This document shows positions 8,887-17,185 of a stretch of DNA of 64,000 bases, piece after piece. The stretch is from Gemmatimonadota bacterium (GTDB taxonomy: Bacteria > Gemmatimonadota > Gemmatimonadetes > Gemmatimonadales > GWC2-71-9): contig QHUM01000047.1 of NCBI GenBank assembly GCA_003222135.1, positions 272 to 64,271 on the forward strand, read 5' to 3'. The stretch's first letter is position 1. Every line of letters starts with the position of its first letter. Under the pieces are notes generated by a model. It saw nothing but the letters and a program-made list of their open reading frames with translations. It was not told the origin of the DNA and made no database searches. The translations under genes and the position numbers were made by a program.

Positions 8887-9999
8887 TCACAGTCGAAAAG
8901 GTACGGGCGTGAATGTCACCAGGAAGAGGATCAGCGCCGTCCACGCGAGCACGATGCGCGACCGCGGCAGCGGGCGGTGCTCGTCCAGCACCGGCGGGTG
9001 GCCGAGTCGCCCGCGCGACAGCAGCAGCACGAGTCCTCCCCACAGGAGCCAGCCCTTCCAGTAGATGCCGAGGGCGACGATCAGCGCCCAGAACCCGAGC
9101 GCGGTCCTGCGGTGCCAGCGCGGCACGGCCGAGTACAGGATGTGCCCGCCATCCAGTTGGGAGATGGGGAGCAAATTGAGCATCGTGACGAACACGCCGA
9201 GCCAGCCGGCGAATGCCACCGGGTGGAGCACGAGGGCCGGCGCCGAGCCGCGCACCAGGTGGCGCAGCGCGAACGTCAGCAGCGAGTCCCCGAGCACCGC
9301 CTGGCCGTCATCGAGCCCCAGCACCATGCCGGTGAGGGACCCCGGGCCGGCAGGCGGATGACTCAGCGCGAACCCGATCACGAGCGCCGGCAACGCCACC
9401 ACCAGCCCCGCGATCGGCCCCGCCAGGCCCACGTCGAGCAGCTGGCGGCGGTCCGACACGACCGTGCGCAGCCGGATGAACGCGCCCATGGTGCCGATCG
9501 ACCACGGGACGACGGGCGCCGGGATGAAGTACGGCGGCGACACATCGAGCTGATAGCGCAGCGCCGTGAGGTAGTGACCCAGCTCGTGGCACAACAGGAC
9601 GGCGAGCAGCGGCACGGAGAACGAGAGTCCCTGGGCCCAGGCGTGGATGAAGTCGCGAGGGAACGGGTAGGTGCCGAGCAGGAGCGCCAGCGGGTTCGGG
9701 TCGAAGGGGATCGCGCCCAGGAGCACGGCGCCTACGAAGGTCGTCGTGAACAGCGTGGCGGCGAAGAGCAACCCGTGTAAGGCCCAGGCGTCGCGGCGCC
9801 GCCGTCCCACCGGGCGCGTGAGGACGAGGTGCCGTCCGTCAGGCTCGTCGGACCAGTAGTAGCTGCCGGGCCAGTCCCGGAGCCGAGCGGCGAGCGCCGG
9901 AGAGGGGCGGGCGTGCGCCGGATGTACAAGCGCGTCAATCACTTCCCGGTCGGGCAGCGCGGCGGTGCGCCAGGCGAGGAGGAAGCCGCTCAAGTCCAT
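8887..9999 (-). CDS. Site-2 protease (M50) family intramembrane metalloprotease
   Basis: CHELGH and NLLPISQLDGGH motifs, multiple TMs. Confidence 0.95.
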   Translation of the reverse strand: MDLSGFLLAWRTAALPDREVIDALVHPAHARPSPALAARLRDWPGSYYWSDEPDGRHLVLTRPVGRRRRDAWALHGLLFAATLFTTTFVGAVLLGAIPFDPNPLALLLGTYPFPRDFIHAWAQGLSFSVPLLAVLLCHELGHYLTALRYQLDVSPPYFIPAPVVPWSIGTMGAFIRLRTVVSDRRQLLDVGLAGPIAGLVVALPALVIGFALSHPPAGPGSLTGMVLGLDDGQAVLGDSLLTFALRHLVRGSAPALVLHPVAFAGWLGVFVTMLNLLPISQLDGGHILYSAVPRWHRRTALGFWALIVALGIYWKGWLLWGGLVLLLSRGRLGHPPVLDEHRPLPRSRIVLAWTALILFLVTFTPVPFRL

Positions 10000-10007
10000 G
10001 GGCGCAC

Positions 10008-10036
10008 TTGACGGCGGCTCTCCTGCGGCCTAAAAT
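10008..10036 (+). promoter_or_regulatory. sigma70 promoter of rho, TTGACG-17-TAAAAT
   Basis: Near-consensus hexamers with 17-bp spacer, 100 nt upstream of rho. Confidence 0.8.
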
Positions 10037-10136
10037 AGATTCGCACTCCTTCGAACTCCCAAAGAATCCATTCTCAACGCGTCACTCCCCCATCCCCGGG
10101 GTTCGCCCGCCGTAGCGCACACGGAGCACGACACAC

Positions 10137-11390
10137 GTGGATATCGCTGAACTGAAGAAGAAGTCCGTCGCGGAACTGCACGCGATGGCCGAGACCCTGA
10201 ACATCACCAACTACTCGGGGCTCCGCAAGCAGGATCTCATCTTCCGTATCGAGCAGTCGCTCCTCGATTCCGACACGGTGTTGCGCGGCGAGGGAGTGCT
10301 CGAAATCCTCCCCGAGGGGTACGGCTTCCTGCGCAGCCCGGACTGGAATTACCTCTACGGCCCGGACGACATCTACGTCTCGCCCAGTCAGATCAAGCGG
10401 TTCGATCTGCGGACCGGCGACACGATCATGGGCCAGGTGCGTCCGCCCAAAGAGGGGGAGCGCTACCTGGCGCTCCTCAAGGTCGAGACCGTCAACGGCG
10501 AGGAGCCGGAGAAGGCGAAGCACCGGGTCGCGTTCGACAACCTGCGGCCCCGCTATCCCGAAGAGCGGATCCGGCTCGAGCGCAAGGACGGCGACCTGTC
10601 GATGCGGGTCATGGACATTCTGTGCCCCATCGGCAAAGGGCAGCGCGGTCTCATCGTGTCGCCGCCCAAGGCCGGCAAGACCATCCTGATGCAAAAGCTC
10701 GCGAACGCCGTCATCGAAAACCATCCGGAGATCTACCTCATCGTGCTGCTGATCGACGAGCGGCCGGAAGAGGTGACGGACATGGAGGAGAACGTGAAGG
10801 GGGCGGAGGTGATCTCCTCCACGTTCGACGAGCCCGCCGACCGGCACGTCCAGGTGGCGGACATGGTGATCGAGAAGGCGAAGCGCCTGGTGGAGCACGG
10901 GAAGGACGTCATGATCCTGCTCGACTCGATCACGCGCCTCGGGCGCGCCCACAACGTGGTCGTGCCGCACTCGGGCAAGATCCTGTCGGGCGGCGTGGAT
11001 GCGAACGCGCTGCAGAAGCCCAAGCGGTTCTTCGGAGCGGCGCGCAACATCGAGGGGGGCGGCTCGCTCACGATCGTCGCCACGGCACTGATCGACACCG
11101 GCTCGCGCATGGACGAGGTGATTTTCGAGGAGTTCAAGGGCACCGGCAACATGGAGGTCATCCTCGACCGGCGCATCGCCGACCGCCGCGTCTACCCGGC
11201 GATCGAGGTGCAGCGCACTTCGACCCGCAAGGAAGAGCTGCTCCTCACGAAGGAAGAGCTCAACAAAGTCTACCTGCTCCGCAACTTCCTCTCCGACATG
11301 CCGCCCGTGGAGGCGATCGAGTTCCTGCTCGAGCGCATGAAGCGCACCAAGACGAACAACGAGTTCTTCGCGACGATGGCGCAGGGGTGA
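10137..11390 (+). CDS. rho: Transcription termination factor Rho
   Basis: [51 protein letters not shown]. Confidence 0.99.
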   Translation: MDIAELKKKSVAELHAMAETLNITNYSGLRKQDLIFRIEQSLLDSDTVLRGEGVLEILPEGYGFLRSPDWNYLYGPDDIYVSPSQIKRFDLRTGDTIMGQVRPPKEGERYLALLKVETVNGEEPEKAKHRVAFDNLRPRYPEERIRLERKDGDLSMRVMDILCPIGKGQRGLIVSPPKAGKTILMQKLANAVIENHPEIYLIVLLIDERPEEVTDMEENVKGAEVISSTFDEPADRHVQVADMVIEKAKRLVEHGKDVMILLDSITRLGRAHNVVVPHSGKILSGGVDANALQKPKRFFGAARNIEGGGSLTIVATALIDTGSRMDEVIFEEFKGTGNMEVILDRRIADRRVYPAIEVQRTSTRKEELLLTKEELNKVYLLRNFLSDMPPVEAIEFLLERMKRTKTNNEFFATMAQG

Positions 11391-11824
11391 CGGACGGCGG
11401 GCGGCTGTTGGCCGTCGACTGGGGCGAGCGTCGCATCGGCCTCGCCTTGTCGGACGAGAGTCAGACACTGGCGCAGCCGCTCACGACCCTCACGCGCCGC
11501 GCCGGCAAGCGGTTCCCTATGCGCCGCCTGCTCACGCTGCTCGACGAGCACGCCGTGATCGGCGTGATCGTCGGCCTGCCCCTCGCCCCCGAAGGCACCG
11601 AAGGCGAGCCCGCCCGGCAGGCCCGGGAACTCGCGCGCGAGATCGCACGACGCGCGGCCCGTCCCGTCGAGCTGTGGGACGAGCGCTTCACGACGGCGCG
11701 CGCGCTCCAGGCGGTGCGCGAAATGGGCGGCTCGGCCCGGGGCCGCAAGGAAGACGTGGACGCCCTGGCCGCGACGCTCTTGCTGCAGCACTACTTGGAC
11801 GCGAAGCGGGGATCGGCCACGTGA
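11387..11824 (+). CDS. ruvX: YqgF/RuvX pre-16S rRNA nuclease
   Basis: [36 protein letters not shown]; GTGA overlap with rho. Confidence 0.95.
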   Translation: MTDGGRLLAVDWGERRIGLALSDESQTLAQPLTTLTRRAGKRFPMRRLLTLLDEHAVIGVIVGLPLAPEGTEGEPARQARELAREIARRAARPVELWDERFTTARALQAVREMGGSARGRKEDVDALAATLLLQHYLDAKRGSAT

Positions 11825-12888
11825 GAGCCATTGCGGATTGCGGATTGGGGATTGCGGATTCGAAGGGCGTACGTCCAATCCGCAATCCGAAATCCGAGAT
11901 CCGCAATCTATTGGTGGGAACGCTGATCGCCGCCCTGGGATGCGGCTCCCCCGACGGCTCGCGGGTCACCGTCACTATTCCGGCTGGCGCCACCCTCGAC
12001 GCGGCCATCGACTCCCTCGCGGCGAATGGGGTGCTCGATCACCCCGGGCCGTTCCGCCTGTACGCCAAGCTGCGCGGGCTCGCCGGGTCACTCAAGAGCG
12101 GCGTCTACCTGCTGCGGCAGGACGAGTCGTGGAATGACGTCATCGCCACGCTGGAGCGGGGTCGCGGCGTCGAGCAACGCTTCACGGTGCGCGAAGGCCT
12201 ACGGCTCGCCGAGATCGCACAGCTCGCCCAGGCCCAGCTCCGCATCCCGCGGGATTCGTTTCTCGAGGCGGCGGAAGATTCCGCCCTGCTCGCCGGGCTC
12301 GGGCTGCCGCAGGAAGCGAGCAGCGCCGAAGGGTATCTGTTCCCGACGACGTACGTGCTGCCACTGCGCATCGGGGCGCGAGAGCTCGTTCGCGTAATGA
12401 CGCATGAGTTCTCCGCCACGTGGAGCCCGGAATGGCAGGCGCGGCTCGATTCGCTGCGCTTCTCGCGGCACGAGCTCGTCACGCTCGCGTCGATCATCGA
12501 GGCGGAAGTGCGCTACGATCCCGATCGGCCATTCATCTCGGCCGTGTATCAGAATCGGCTGCGGCGAGGGATGCGGCTGGAGGCGGACCCGACGGTGAGC
12601 TACGCCTACGGCCGGCGCCTCAAGCGGGTATGGCACAAGAACCTGGCGGTGCGCTCGTCCTATAACACGTACCTCCACACGGGGCTCCCGCCGGGCCCGA
12701 TCGCGCAACCGGGCCGCGCCAGCCTCGCCGCCGCCCTCTACCCCGCAAACGTCCCGTTCCTCTATTTCGTGGCGCAGAGCGACGGCAAGCACATCTTCTC
12801 GACCACGTACCCCGAGCACCTCGCCGCCATCAAGCGGGTCAAGGAAATGCGGCGCGCAGCGCGCGCGTCGCCGCGGCTGGGTCGCTAG
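11821..12888 (+). CDS. mltG: Endolytic transglycosylase MltG
   Basis: EGYLFPTTY, TLASIIEAE, NRLRRGMRLEADPT, YNTYLHTGLPPGPI; N-terminus includes a heptamer-repeat insert. Confidence 0.95.
   Translation: MRAIADCGLGIADSKGVRPIRNPKSEIRNLLVGTLIAALGCGSPDGSRVTVTIPAGATLDAAIDSLAANGVLDHPGPFRLYAKLRGLAGSLKSGVYLLRQDESWNDVIATLERGRGVEQRFTVREGLRLAEIAQLAQAQLRIPRDSFLEAAEDSALLAGLGLPQEASSAEGYLFPTTYVLPLRIGARELVRVMTHEFSATWSPEWQARLDSLRFSRHELVTLASIIEAEVRYDPDRPFISAVYQNRLRRGMRLEADPTVSYAYGRRLKRVWHKNLAVRSSYNTYLHTGLPPGPIAQPGRASLAAALYPANVPFLYFVAQSDGKHIFSTTYPEHLAAIKRVKEMRRAARASPRLGR
11830..11907. repeat. Heptamer hairpin element (ATTGCGG)4-loop-(AATCCGC)4, copy 1
   Basis: Degenerate tandem heptamers followed by their reverse complement, within the mltG 5' end. 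Confidence 0.95.
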
Positions 12889-13456
12889 CACGCCACACCG
12901 CCGCAGCCACCGCGACGCCGGCGGCGCGGGAGAGCGACCCCGCGTTGGCGGCGGTGATGCCGCCGATACCGATGACCGGGACGTCGGTGGGGCCGAGCCG
13001 CGCCACGGCGGCGAACCCGGCGGGGCCGAGCGGCGGCCCGGCGTCGGACTTGGTGGCCGTGGCGAAGCACGGCCCGACGCTCCAGTAGTCCGCCGGCACG
13101 GCCCGCGCCCGCTCGGCCTCGGCCGCCGACCCGACCGAGATGCCGAGCAGGAAGCCGGGCGGCACGTGGGGGCGGAGCCGGTCGAGCGGCGGATCTTCCT
13201 GGCCCAGGTGGGTTCCGGCCGCGCCGGCGGCGAGGGCGACGTCCACCCGGTCGTTCACGATCACGGGTACGCTCAGGGCGCCGACCAGCGCCCAGGCGAG
13301 GGCGAGCATGTCACGCGGCGCCGCGTCCTTCAGACGCACCTGGATCATCGTCGCGCCACCCGCCACCGCCTGGCGGCACGCCGTGACCGGATCGCGCCCC
13401 TTGAGAAGCGCCGCATCCGTGATCACCATCAAGCGCACCTGATCGACCAGAGCCAT
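12839..13456 (-). CDS. thiE: Thiamine-phosphate synthase
   Basis: LMVITD, IQVRLK, NDRVD, HLGQED, TATK, GIGGI; AGGA 8 nt upstream of ATG 13456. Confidence 0.92.
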   Translation of the reverse strand: MALVDQVRLMVITDAALLKGRDPVTACRQAVAGGATMIQVRLKDAAPRDMLALAWALVGALSVPVIVNDRVDVALAAGAAGTHLGQEDPPLDRLRPHVPPGFLLGISVGSAAEAERARAVPADYWSVGPCFATATKSDAGPPLGPAGFAAVARLGPTDVPVIGIGGITAANAGSLSRAAGVAVAAAVWRASDPAAATRALRAAFP

Positions 13457-13823
13457 GACCAAGATCCTGCGTGGACTGCGCGGCGCCACCACCGCGACGG
13501 CGAACACCCGCGAGGCGATCCTCGAGGCGGCCGACGAGCTGCTGCGGGCGCTGCGGGACGCGAACGGCTTCGAGCCGGAGGACGTGGAGAGCGCGATCTT
13601 CACATCGTCGCCGGACTTGACCGCCGAGTATCCGGCGCGCGCCGCACGCCGGCTCGGCTGGCTCGACGTCCCCCTGCTCGGCGCCGCCGAGGTCGCGGTG
13701 TCGGACGGGCTGCCGCGCTGCATCCGCGTGCTGCTGCACTTCTACACCACGAAGCCGCAGCGCCAGCTGAAACATATGTACCTGCGGGAGGCGGCGAAGC
13801 TGAGGCCCGACCGCGGGACATGA
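13455..13823 (+). CDS. aroH: Chorismate mutase, AroH class
   Basis: RGLRGATT, FTSSPDL, YPARAAR, LPRCIRVL, YLREAAKLRPD. Confidence 0.95.
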   Translation: MTKILRGLRGATTATANTREAILEAADELLRALRDANGFEPEDVESAIFTSSPDLTAEYPARAARRLGWLDVPLLGAAEVAVSDGLPRCIRVLLHFYTTKPQRQLKHMYLREAAKLRPDRGT

Positions 13824-15031
13824 CGAGCGGTCAGGGGCGATCCACGACGGTCGAGGGCGATCCGAGCCGGCGCGTGCGCACGGTCGTGGTGTCCGCCAGG
13901 GGCGGCGCGCGCTGGCAGGCGGGCCACCCCTGGATCTACCGGACCGACCTGTACGACGAGCCGCGCGACGAGCCGGGCATCGTCGCGGTCACCGATCGCC
14001 GCGGCCGGCACCTGGGGCAGGCCCTCTATTCACCGCGGTCCGAGATTCGCCTGCGGCTGCTCACGCGCGGCCGCGAGGCGATCGACGCGGCGTGGTGGGG
14101 CGAGCGCATCGCCGCCGCCGCCGGCCGGCGCTCCGGGCTCGCGGCCACGGCGTACCGTGTGGTGCACGCCGAAGCAGACGGCTTGCCGTCCCTGGTGGTG
14201 GATCGGTACGGCCCGTACGTCGTCGCGCAGCTGCTGTCGGCGGGGATCGAGCAGCGACGGGACGACGTCGTCGCGGGGATCCGAGCCGCGCTCGCCCCCG
14301 CCGGCATTCTGCTCCGCAACGACGTCGCGATCCGGCGGCACGAGGGGCTGCCGCTCGAGGTGGTGCCGGCATTCGGCAGCGTGCCCGAAACGGTGGAGGT
14401 CGAGGAGTACGGTGTGCGCTACCTCGCCGCGCCGCATGCGGGTCAGAAGACGGGGGCATTCCTCGACCAGCGTGAGAACCGCGGCCTCGTCGCCGCGCAC
14501 GCCGGGTCCGGCCCGGCGCTCGACCTGTTCACCTATCACGGCTCGTTCGCGCTGCACCTGGCGCGCCGCGCCGCGGCGGTGACCGCGGTCGATTCGAGCG
14601 GGGAGGCGCTGGCCCGGGGAGCGCAGAACGCGGCGCTCAACGGCCTCACCAACATCACCTGGCAGGAGGCGAACGTGTTCGATCTGCTGCGCGAGCTGGA
14701 ACGGCGGCACGAGAGCTTCGACACGATCGTCCTCGACCCTCCGGCGTTCGCGAAGACGAAGCAGAGCATCACCCGCGCGCTCGCCGGTTACAAGGAGATC
14801 AATCTTCGCGCCATGCGTCTGCTCGCATCCGGTGGCGTGCTGTTCACCTGCTCGTGCTCCTACCACGTCGGCCGGGCGGTGTTCGGGGACATGCTGGTGG
14901 ATGCCGCGCACGACGCCGGCCGGCGGCTCGAGCTGCTCGCGCTCACCGGCGCCGGCCGGGATCACCCGGAGCTCCTCAACGTCCCGGAGACCGGGTATCT
15001 CAAGGGCGCTCTGCTCCGAGCCGTTGACTAA
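13820..15031 (+). CDS. rlmI: RlmI/RlmK-type class I SAM-dependent rRNA methyltransferase
   Basis: GHPWIY, EADGLPSLVVDRY, GQKTGAFLDQRENR, LDPPAF, TCSCS, YLK. Confidence 0.9.
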   Translation: MTSGQGRSTTVEGDPSRRVRTVVVSARGGARWQAGHPWIYRTDLYDEPRDEPGIVAVTDRRGRHLGQALYSPRSEIRLRLLTRGREAIDAAWWGERIAAAAGRRSGLAATAYRVVHAEADGLPSLVVDRYGPYVVAQLLSAGIEQRRDDVVAGIRAALAPAGILLRNDVAIRRHEGLPLEVVPAFGSVPETVEVEEYGVRYLAAPHAGQKTGAFLDQRENRGLVAAHAGSGPALDLFTYHGSFALHLARRAAAVTAVDSSGEALARGAQNAALNGLTNITWQEANVFDLLRELERRHESFDTIVLDPPAFAKTKQSITRALAGYKEINLRAMRLLASGGVLFTCSCSYHVGRAVFGDMLVDAAHDAGRRLELLALTGAGRDHPELLNVPETGYLKGALLRAVD

Positions 15032-15059
15032 ACAGGCCTCACTTACAAGCTTGCATCCC

Positions 15060-15938
15060 ATGCCGCTTTCCCGGCCCGAGGGGCGCCCCGCGACCGCCCT
15101 CGTCCGCCGAGTCTTCATCGGCCTCCTGGTCGCCAACCTGGCGATTGTGGCGGCCAAATCGTTCGTGGGCCTCCGCTCCGGGTCGCTTGCCATCCTCGGC
15201 AGCGCCCTGGACTCGTCCGTGGACGTCCTGAACAACCTCCTCGCCCTGATCGTCGTGCGGGTAGCGGCGAAGGAGCCCGACGAGGACCACCCGTACGGCC
15301 ACAGCAAGTTCGAGACGCTCGGCGCCCTCGCCATCGTGGGATTCCTCTCGATCACCTGCTTCGAGCTGATCCGCGGCGCGGTGAACGAGCTGCTGCAGGG
15401 CGCCCACCCGGTCGCCGTTACCGATGCGCAACTCGCGGTGCTCGTGCTCACCCTGGGCGTCAACGGCGCGATTGCCTGGTACGAGAACCGGCGCGGCCGG
15501 GAGCTGAAGAGCGAGCTGCTCGTCGCCGACGCCGCCCACACGCGCACCGACGCGCTCATCACCGTGGGCGTCCTGGCCGGCGTGCTGTTCGCCCGCCAGG
15601 GCTGGTCGTGGGTCGACCCGGCCGTCGCGATCGTGGTGGCGCTGTTGATCGTGCTCGTGGCCTACCGCATTCTCGGACGCACGGTTCCCGTGCTCGTGGA
15701 CCAGCGCGCGCTGCCGACCGGCGAGATCAGGCAGACCGCGGAAACCGTGCCCGGGGTGAAGAGCGCCTACGGCATCCGCTCGCGCGGGCCCTCGGACCTG
15801 CGCTACGCCGAAGTGACGATCGCCGTCGACCCCAAGGCGGACGTCGCCGCGGCGCACGCGATCGCGGACCAGGTGGAGGAACGCCTTAAACGGGACCTGC
15901 AGCTCCACGAAGTAACGGTCCACATCGAGCCATGCTGA
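15060..15938 (+). CDS. Cation diffusion facilitator (FieF-like) transporter
   Basis: PDEDHPYGHSKFE, ADAAHTRTD, AHAIAD, VHIEP. Confidence 0.93.
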   Translation: MPLSRPEGRPATALVRRVFIGLLVANLAIVAAKSFVGLRSGSLAILGSALDSSVDVLNNLLALIVVRVAAKEPDEDHPYGHSKFETLGALAIVGFLSITCFELIRGAVNELLQGAHPVAVTDAQLAVLVLTLGVNGAIAWYENRRGRELKSELLVADAAHTRTDALITVGVLAGVLFARQGWSWVDPAVAIVVALLIVLVAYRILGRTVPVLVDQRALPTGEIRQTAETVPGVKSAYGIRSRGPSDLRYAEVTIAVDPKADVAAAHAIADQVEERLKRDLQLHEVTVHIEPC

Positions 15939-16789
15939 ACGCCCTCAACGACGACCATCGCTCGCACATCGCGCGCCGGCCGCCCCGCTCGCTCAAGCAG
16001 GAGTACCAGGAGTTTCTGCTGCAGCGGATCGAGGAGTACAAGAACACGCTGTCCCGAGAAGAGCTGCTGGAGATCGGCGACGAGGCGGTGCGCGAGCTGG
16101 AAGAGAACTCGGCCGGCCAATACCTCCTCACCGAGGTGCTGCTGCTCGAGCACGTCGACCGGATCATCGCGCGGCGGCTGCGACTGCCGGCGTTCGCGCG
16201 CTGGCGGATGAAGCACCGTGCCTTGCGCGCGGCGCAACGCGAGCCCACCCACTGGGGCCTCGAGCCCGACGGCCAGCTGGTGAGTTGTGCGCGCCGGCTC
16301 GAGCCGGGGGACCTCGCACTCGTCATGGGCGCCGCCGCGCTGCCCGCCGCGTTGTTTCTCGCAGCGCACGACGCCGAGGTGTTCCTGCTCGATCAGGATC
16401 TGGGAGCGATCGAAGCCGCGGAGGGCCGCGCCGTCAGCGAGCAGCTCGCCGGCCGCTTCCAGGCCCTCGTGATCCACTGGGGCAGCTGGCTGCCCGACGT
16501 CGCGCCGAGCCTCGTCGTCCTCGACCCGACCGCCCTGGTCCCGGCGCGGCCCCGGGACCGCAACGCGGTGATCGCGGACTTGCAGGCGCGCACGCGCCCG
16601 GGCGGCGTGCACATCGTCCTCGCGACGGCGCCTGCGGCGCGTGAGGTGATCCCGCTCGCCCCGGAAGCGCTGCAAGCACTGTACGGCGATTGGCACGTCA
16701 CGCGCCGGCGCCGCACCAAAGCGAGCGCGGGGTTCACGGCCACCAAGCCGCAGCGTCAAGCGGACACGGCCGCGAACGTGTCGGAGTAA
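15932..16789 (+). CDS. Hypothetical protein: helical N-domain plus degenerate SAM-methyltransferase-like fold
   Basis: Acidic helical N-terminus; LVMGAAA, FLLDQD, RTRPGGVH resemble methyltransferase motifs. Confidence 0.7.
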   Translation: MLNALNDDHRSHIARRPPRSLKQEYQEFLLQRIEEYKNTLSREELLEIGDEAVRELEENSAGQYLLTEVLLLEHVDRIIARRLRLPAFARWRMKHRALRAAQREPTHWGLEPDGQLVSCARRLEPGDLALVMGAAALPAALFLAAHDAEVFLLDQDLGAIEAAEGRAVSEQLAGRFQALVIHWGSWLPDVAPSLVVLDPTALVPARPRDRNAVIADLQARTRPGGVHIVLATAPAAREVIPLAPEALQALYGDWHVTRRRRTKASAGFTATKPQRQADTAANVSE

Positions 16790-16852
16790 CCACTCCGCCG
16801 AAGCCCGCTCCGTCAACCCGTTGCCGGATACGGCGTTGCCAGACGAGGCGTG

Positions 16853-16867
16853 TGGCAAACGTTTTGC
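16853..16867 (+). promoter_or_regulatory. sigma54 -24/-12 promoter TGGCAAACGTTTTGC
   Basis: GG-N10-GC with TGGCA and TTGC consensus, 40 nt upstream of ATG 16907. Confidence 0.65.
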
Positions 16868-16906
16868 CCGGGAACGCAGTATCCGACAACCGGGAACGCC
16901 TCTTCA

Positions 16907-17071
16907 ATGACCAGTCTCCCTTTAGTCCTGGACGACGAGCCGATCGGTATCATCCTGCGCGTCGGCCGGCAGATGCTCCGCCCGGCTAAGATCTGGGCGT
17001 ACTGCTGGTTCACCGACGAGGGTGAGGCGGACGACCACACGCACCGCCACTTGCCCGAGCATATCGACTGA
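16907..17071 (+). CDS. Small protein (54 aa) with His-rich tail
   Basis: Flanked by a sigma54-type promoter and a terminator; MTSLPLVLDDEPIGIILRVG...HTHRHLPEH. Confidence 0.55.
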   Translation: MTSLPLVLDDEPIGIILRVGRQMLRPAKIWAYCWFTDEGEADDHTHRHLPEHID

Positions 17072-17074
17072 AGA

Positions 17075-17110
17075 CGACGGGGCCGGCCGAGCGCCGGCCC
17101 TGTCGCGTTT
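17075..17110 (+). terminator. GC-rich hairpin terminator
   Basis: 13-bp stem CGACGGGGCCGGC/GCCGGCCCTGTCG followed by CGTTT. Confidence 0.6.
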
Positions 17111-17185
17111 CACTCATGCGCATACCGCGCGGTGCGGCAAGCACTTAGGGTTGCCGGGCGCAGCGCGCGGGTTAATCTTCACCGC

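Noticed and set aside
11830-11907. Heptamer arrays as CRISPR
   Set aside because: No unique spacers between 23-50 nt repeats and no cas genes
13456-13560. TPP riboswitch upstream of thiE
   Set aside because: Upstream DNA is aroH coding sequence and lacks the CUGAGA core
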